NCBI GenBank assembly: GCA_043511425.1
Contig: CP121331.1
Span: 1,894,315-1,958,314 of the forward strand
Source: Sphingobacteriales bacterium
Lineage (GTDB): Bacteria > Bacteroidota > Bacteroidia > NS11-12g > UBA9320
DNA length: 64,000 bases
Reading direction: 5' to 3'
Both the position numbers and the translations under genes were made by a program. The notes under the pieces are model-generated. The model saw nothing but the letters and a program-made list of their open reading frames with translations, searched no databases and had not been told where the DNA came from. Shown piece after piece: positions 62,641 to 64,000 of the stretch (the first letter of the stretch is position 1; each line of letters begins with the position of its first letter).

Positions 62641-63324
62641 CTACAGAATAGACTCTCCATTTAGGTCAGTAGTGAGTACATCGCTCATATAGTCGAAGAA
62701 TGGGCGAATGGCCAAAAAAGTACTTACCACCTCTTTGGGGAACGACTCGGCAATCACCTCGTCATCTGTAAATTCTCTAAAAGCGTAAAACTGCTTCATG
62801 TTTATCCATTTTATGTTTGGATGCTCTTTGTCAAAGTCACGTGGTGCTGTTTTAAGGGATTCTCCCCTCATTTTACCGAAGTGATTCACGAAGTTCTTAT
62901 CCGATGTAATTTTTTCTATCTCGGTCGTATCCATTTCAAACTCTTTTCGAATCCGGAGTAAGTCCTCTTTTTCCGGAGCATAGAATCCCCCTCCTACGAT
63001 AGTCTTGCCTTCCGGCTCCACACTAAGAAAATACCCTCCTCTTCGCGCTGCAGTCGCTCTAGTAAAAAATCCACTTAGATTATTTTTATAGGGGGACTTG
63101 TCTTTACTAAATCGTACGTCTCTATTGATTCTAAAAATCTTTTTACTCTCTATAACATCGGTAAGGTTAAGTTCATCAGCCGATACATCTATCAGATTAG
63201 AAAATTCCTTCCTAGCCATCACATAATCCTTCTTATGCTCTGCAAACCATTCTCGCGTATTATGCTTTCTTAGTTCTCTGAGAAAGTCAAGTGTAGCTCT
63301 ATTTATCATATTGAATAAACGCAA
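62641..63324 (-). CDS. DUF2461 / TIGR02453 family protein
   Basis: N-terminal FLRELRKHNTREWF motif. Confidence 0.6.
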   Translation of the reverse strand: MRLFNMINRATLDFLRELRKHNTREWFAEHKKDYVMARKEFSNLIDVSADELNLTDVIESKKIFRINRDVRFSKDKSPYKNNLSGFFTRATAARRGGYFLSVEPEGKTIVGGGFYAPEKEDLLRIRKEFEMDTTEIEKITSDKNFVNHFGKMRGESLKTAPRDFDKEHPNIKWINMKQFYAFREFTDDEVIAESFPKEVVSTFLAIRPFFDYMSDVLTTDLNGESIL

Positions 63325-63423
63325 GTAACAGAATAAAGATTAGAATTACATGCAGAGTCTGCCTTTTCAGCAGCCGCTTTAAACAACGTGTTAGATTATT
63401 CTTTTAAGCTTATGTGAATGCAT

Positions 63424-63456
63424 AAAAAAAGGGCATTCCAAAATTGGAATGCCCTT
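63424..63456 (-). terminator. Rho-independent terminator for the 63477-63695 gene
   Basis: GGGCATTCCAA…TTGGAATGCCC with a U7 run on the minus strand. Confidence 0.55.
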
Positions 63457-63476
63457 CTAAATACTTTTATGTTGGA

Positions 63477-63695
63477 CTAGTTCATAGAATCTACAACAGC
63501 TGTAGAGTCATCCATTACTTCTAATTCAACCTCTAATTGAGCTAATGAGTCAGCCATTGCCTCAGCAGCTGCAATAGAATCTGCAGTAACTTGTGCCGCA
63601 TCTACCTCAGCAGTGTTAGCTGACTGAGAACAAGAAGTAAACGATATAGCAGCAGCTGCTACTATTAGTAAAATTGAATTTCTAAGTTTTTTCAT
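63477..63695 (-). CDS. Small Ala/Asp-rich lipoprotein
   Basis: Lipobox FTSC. Confidence 0.5.
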   Translation of the reverse strand: MKKLRNSILLIVAAAAISFTSCSQSANTAEVDAAQVTADSIAAAEAMADSLAQLEVELEVMDDSTAVVDSMN

Positions 63696-64000
63696 TTTGA
63701 TCTAAATTGATTTTTTTTTAATAACGTGCAAAGGTGTACTATTTTTCAATAAGGAATACTACCTTTTTTTTTAATATTCGACGAAATGAGGGTTATTTAG
63801 CCCATTTATAACCGTTTTATGGCTCAACCACTAAATAACATTATTTCACTCTAAAAAAAAGTGCACTCAAACTTCAAATTTACCCTTTTGAAAAATTCTC
63901 AGATAATTCATCTAAATCACTGTTATACACTACTATCCTTCTAAAAAGATATTTGATTATGCCAAAAGTATCTGCACACTATGCACAATGAGACCTGGAA

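Overview
This window looks like a Flavobacteriia-type Bacteroidetes chromosome segment of roughly 38-45 % GC. It carries gldH and six proteins with T9SS C-terminal sorting domains, alongside ordinary housekeeping genes: rpmH-rnpA-yidD, metF, rsgA, lpdA, monomeric icd, pepP, a gpx-like peroxidase, a monomeric ALDH7-like dehydrogenase, and S41/M28/M1 peptidases.

The most unusual part is the AT-rich first ~4.4 kb. Small lipoprotein, membrane-protein, Abi_C and YwqK-immunity-like genes are each followed directly after their stop codon by a copy of a conserved ~150-200 bp element. Each copy carries a hairpin whose stem sequence differs between copies while base pairing is kept, and a fifth partial copy follows the gene ending at 8186. 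The arrangement resembles an integron-like gene-cassette array or CALIN, and I would treat it as a hypothesis.

Between 7250 and 11300 there is a decay and rearrangement zone. It contains a GC-rich 250-nt noncoding island, an SRPBCC pseudogene, a multiply disrupted histidine-kinase pseudogene, a degenerate duplicate of the 5' end of the radical SAM gene, and an unexplained ~450-bp noncoding block.

Further downstream:
- an orphan Dam-family adenine methyltransferase;
- two genes broken at simple-sequence tracts (A8 and CT repeats);
- an ECF sigma-factor module next to T9SS cargo;
- a lipoprotein plus 1111-aa WG-repeat protein pair;
- a tandem family of three Kelch-repeat T9SS cargo genes showing gene conversion, where the middle copy has expanded a ~8-aa DT-x-Y-V-x-V unit.

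No CRISPR array, tRNA or rRNA was recognised.
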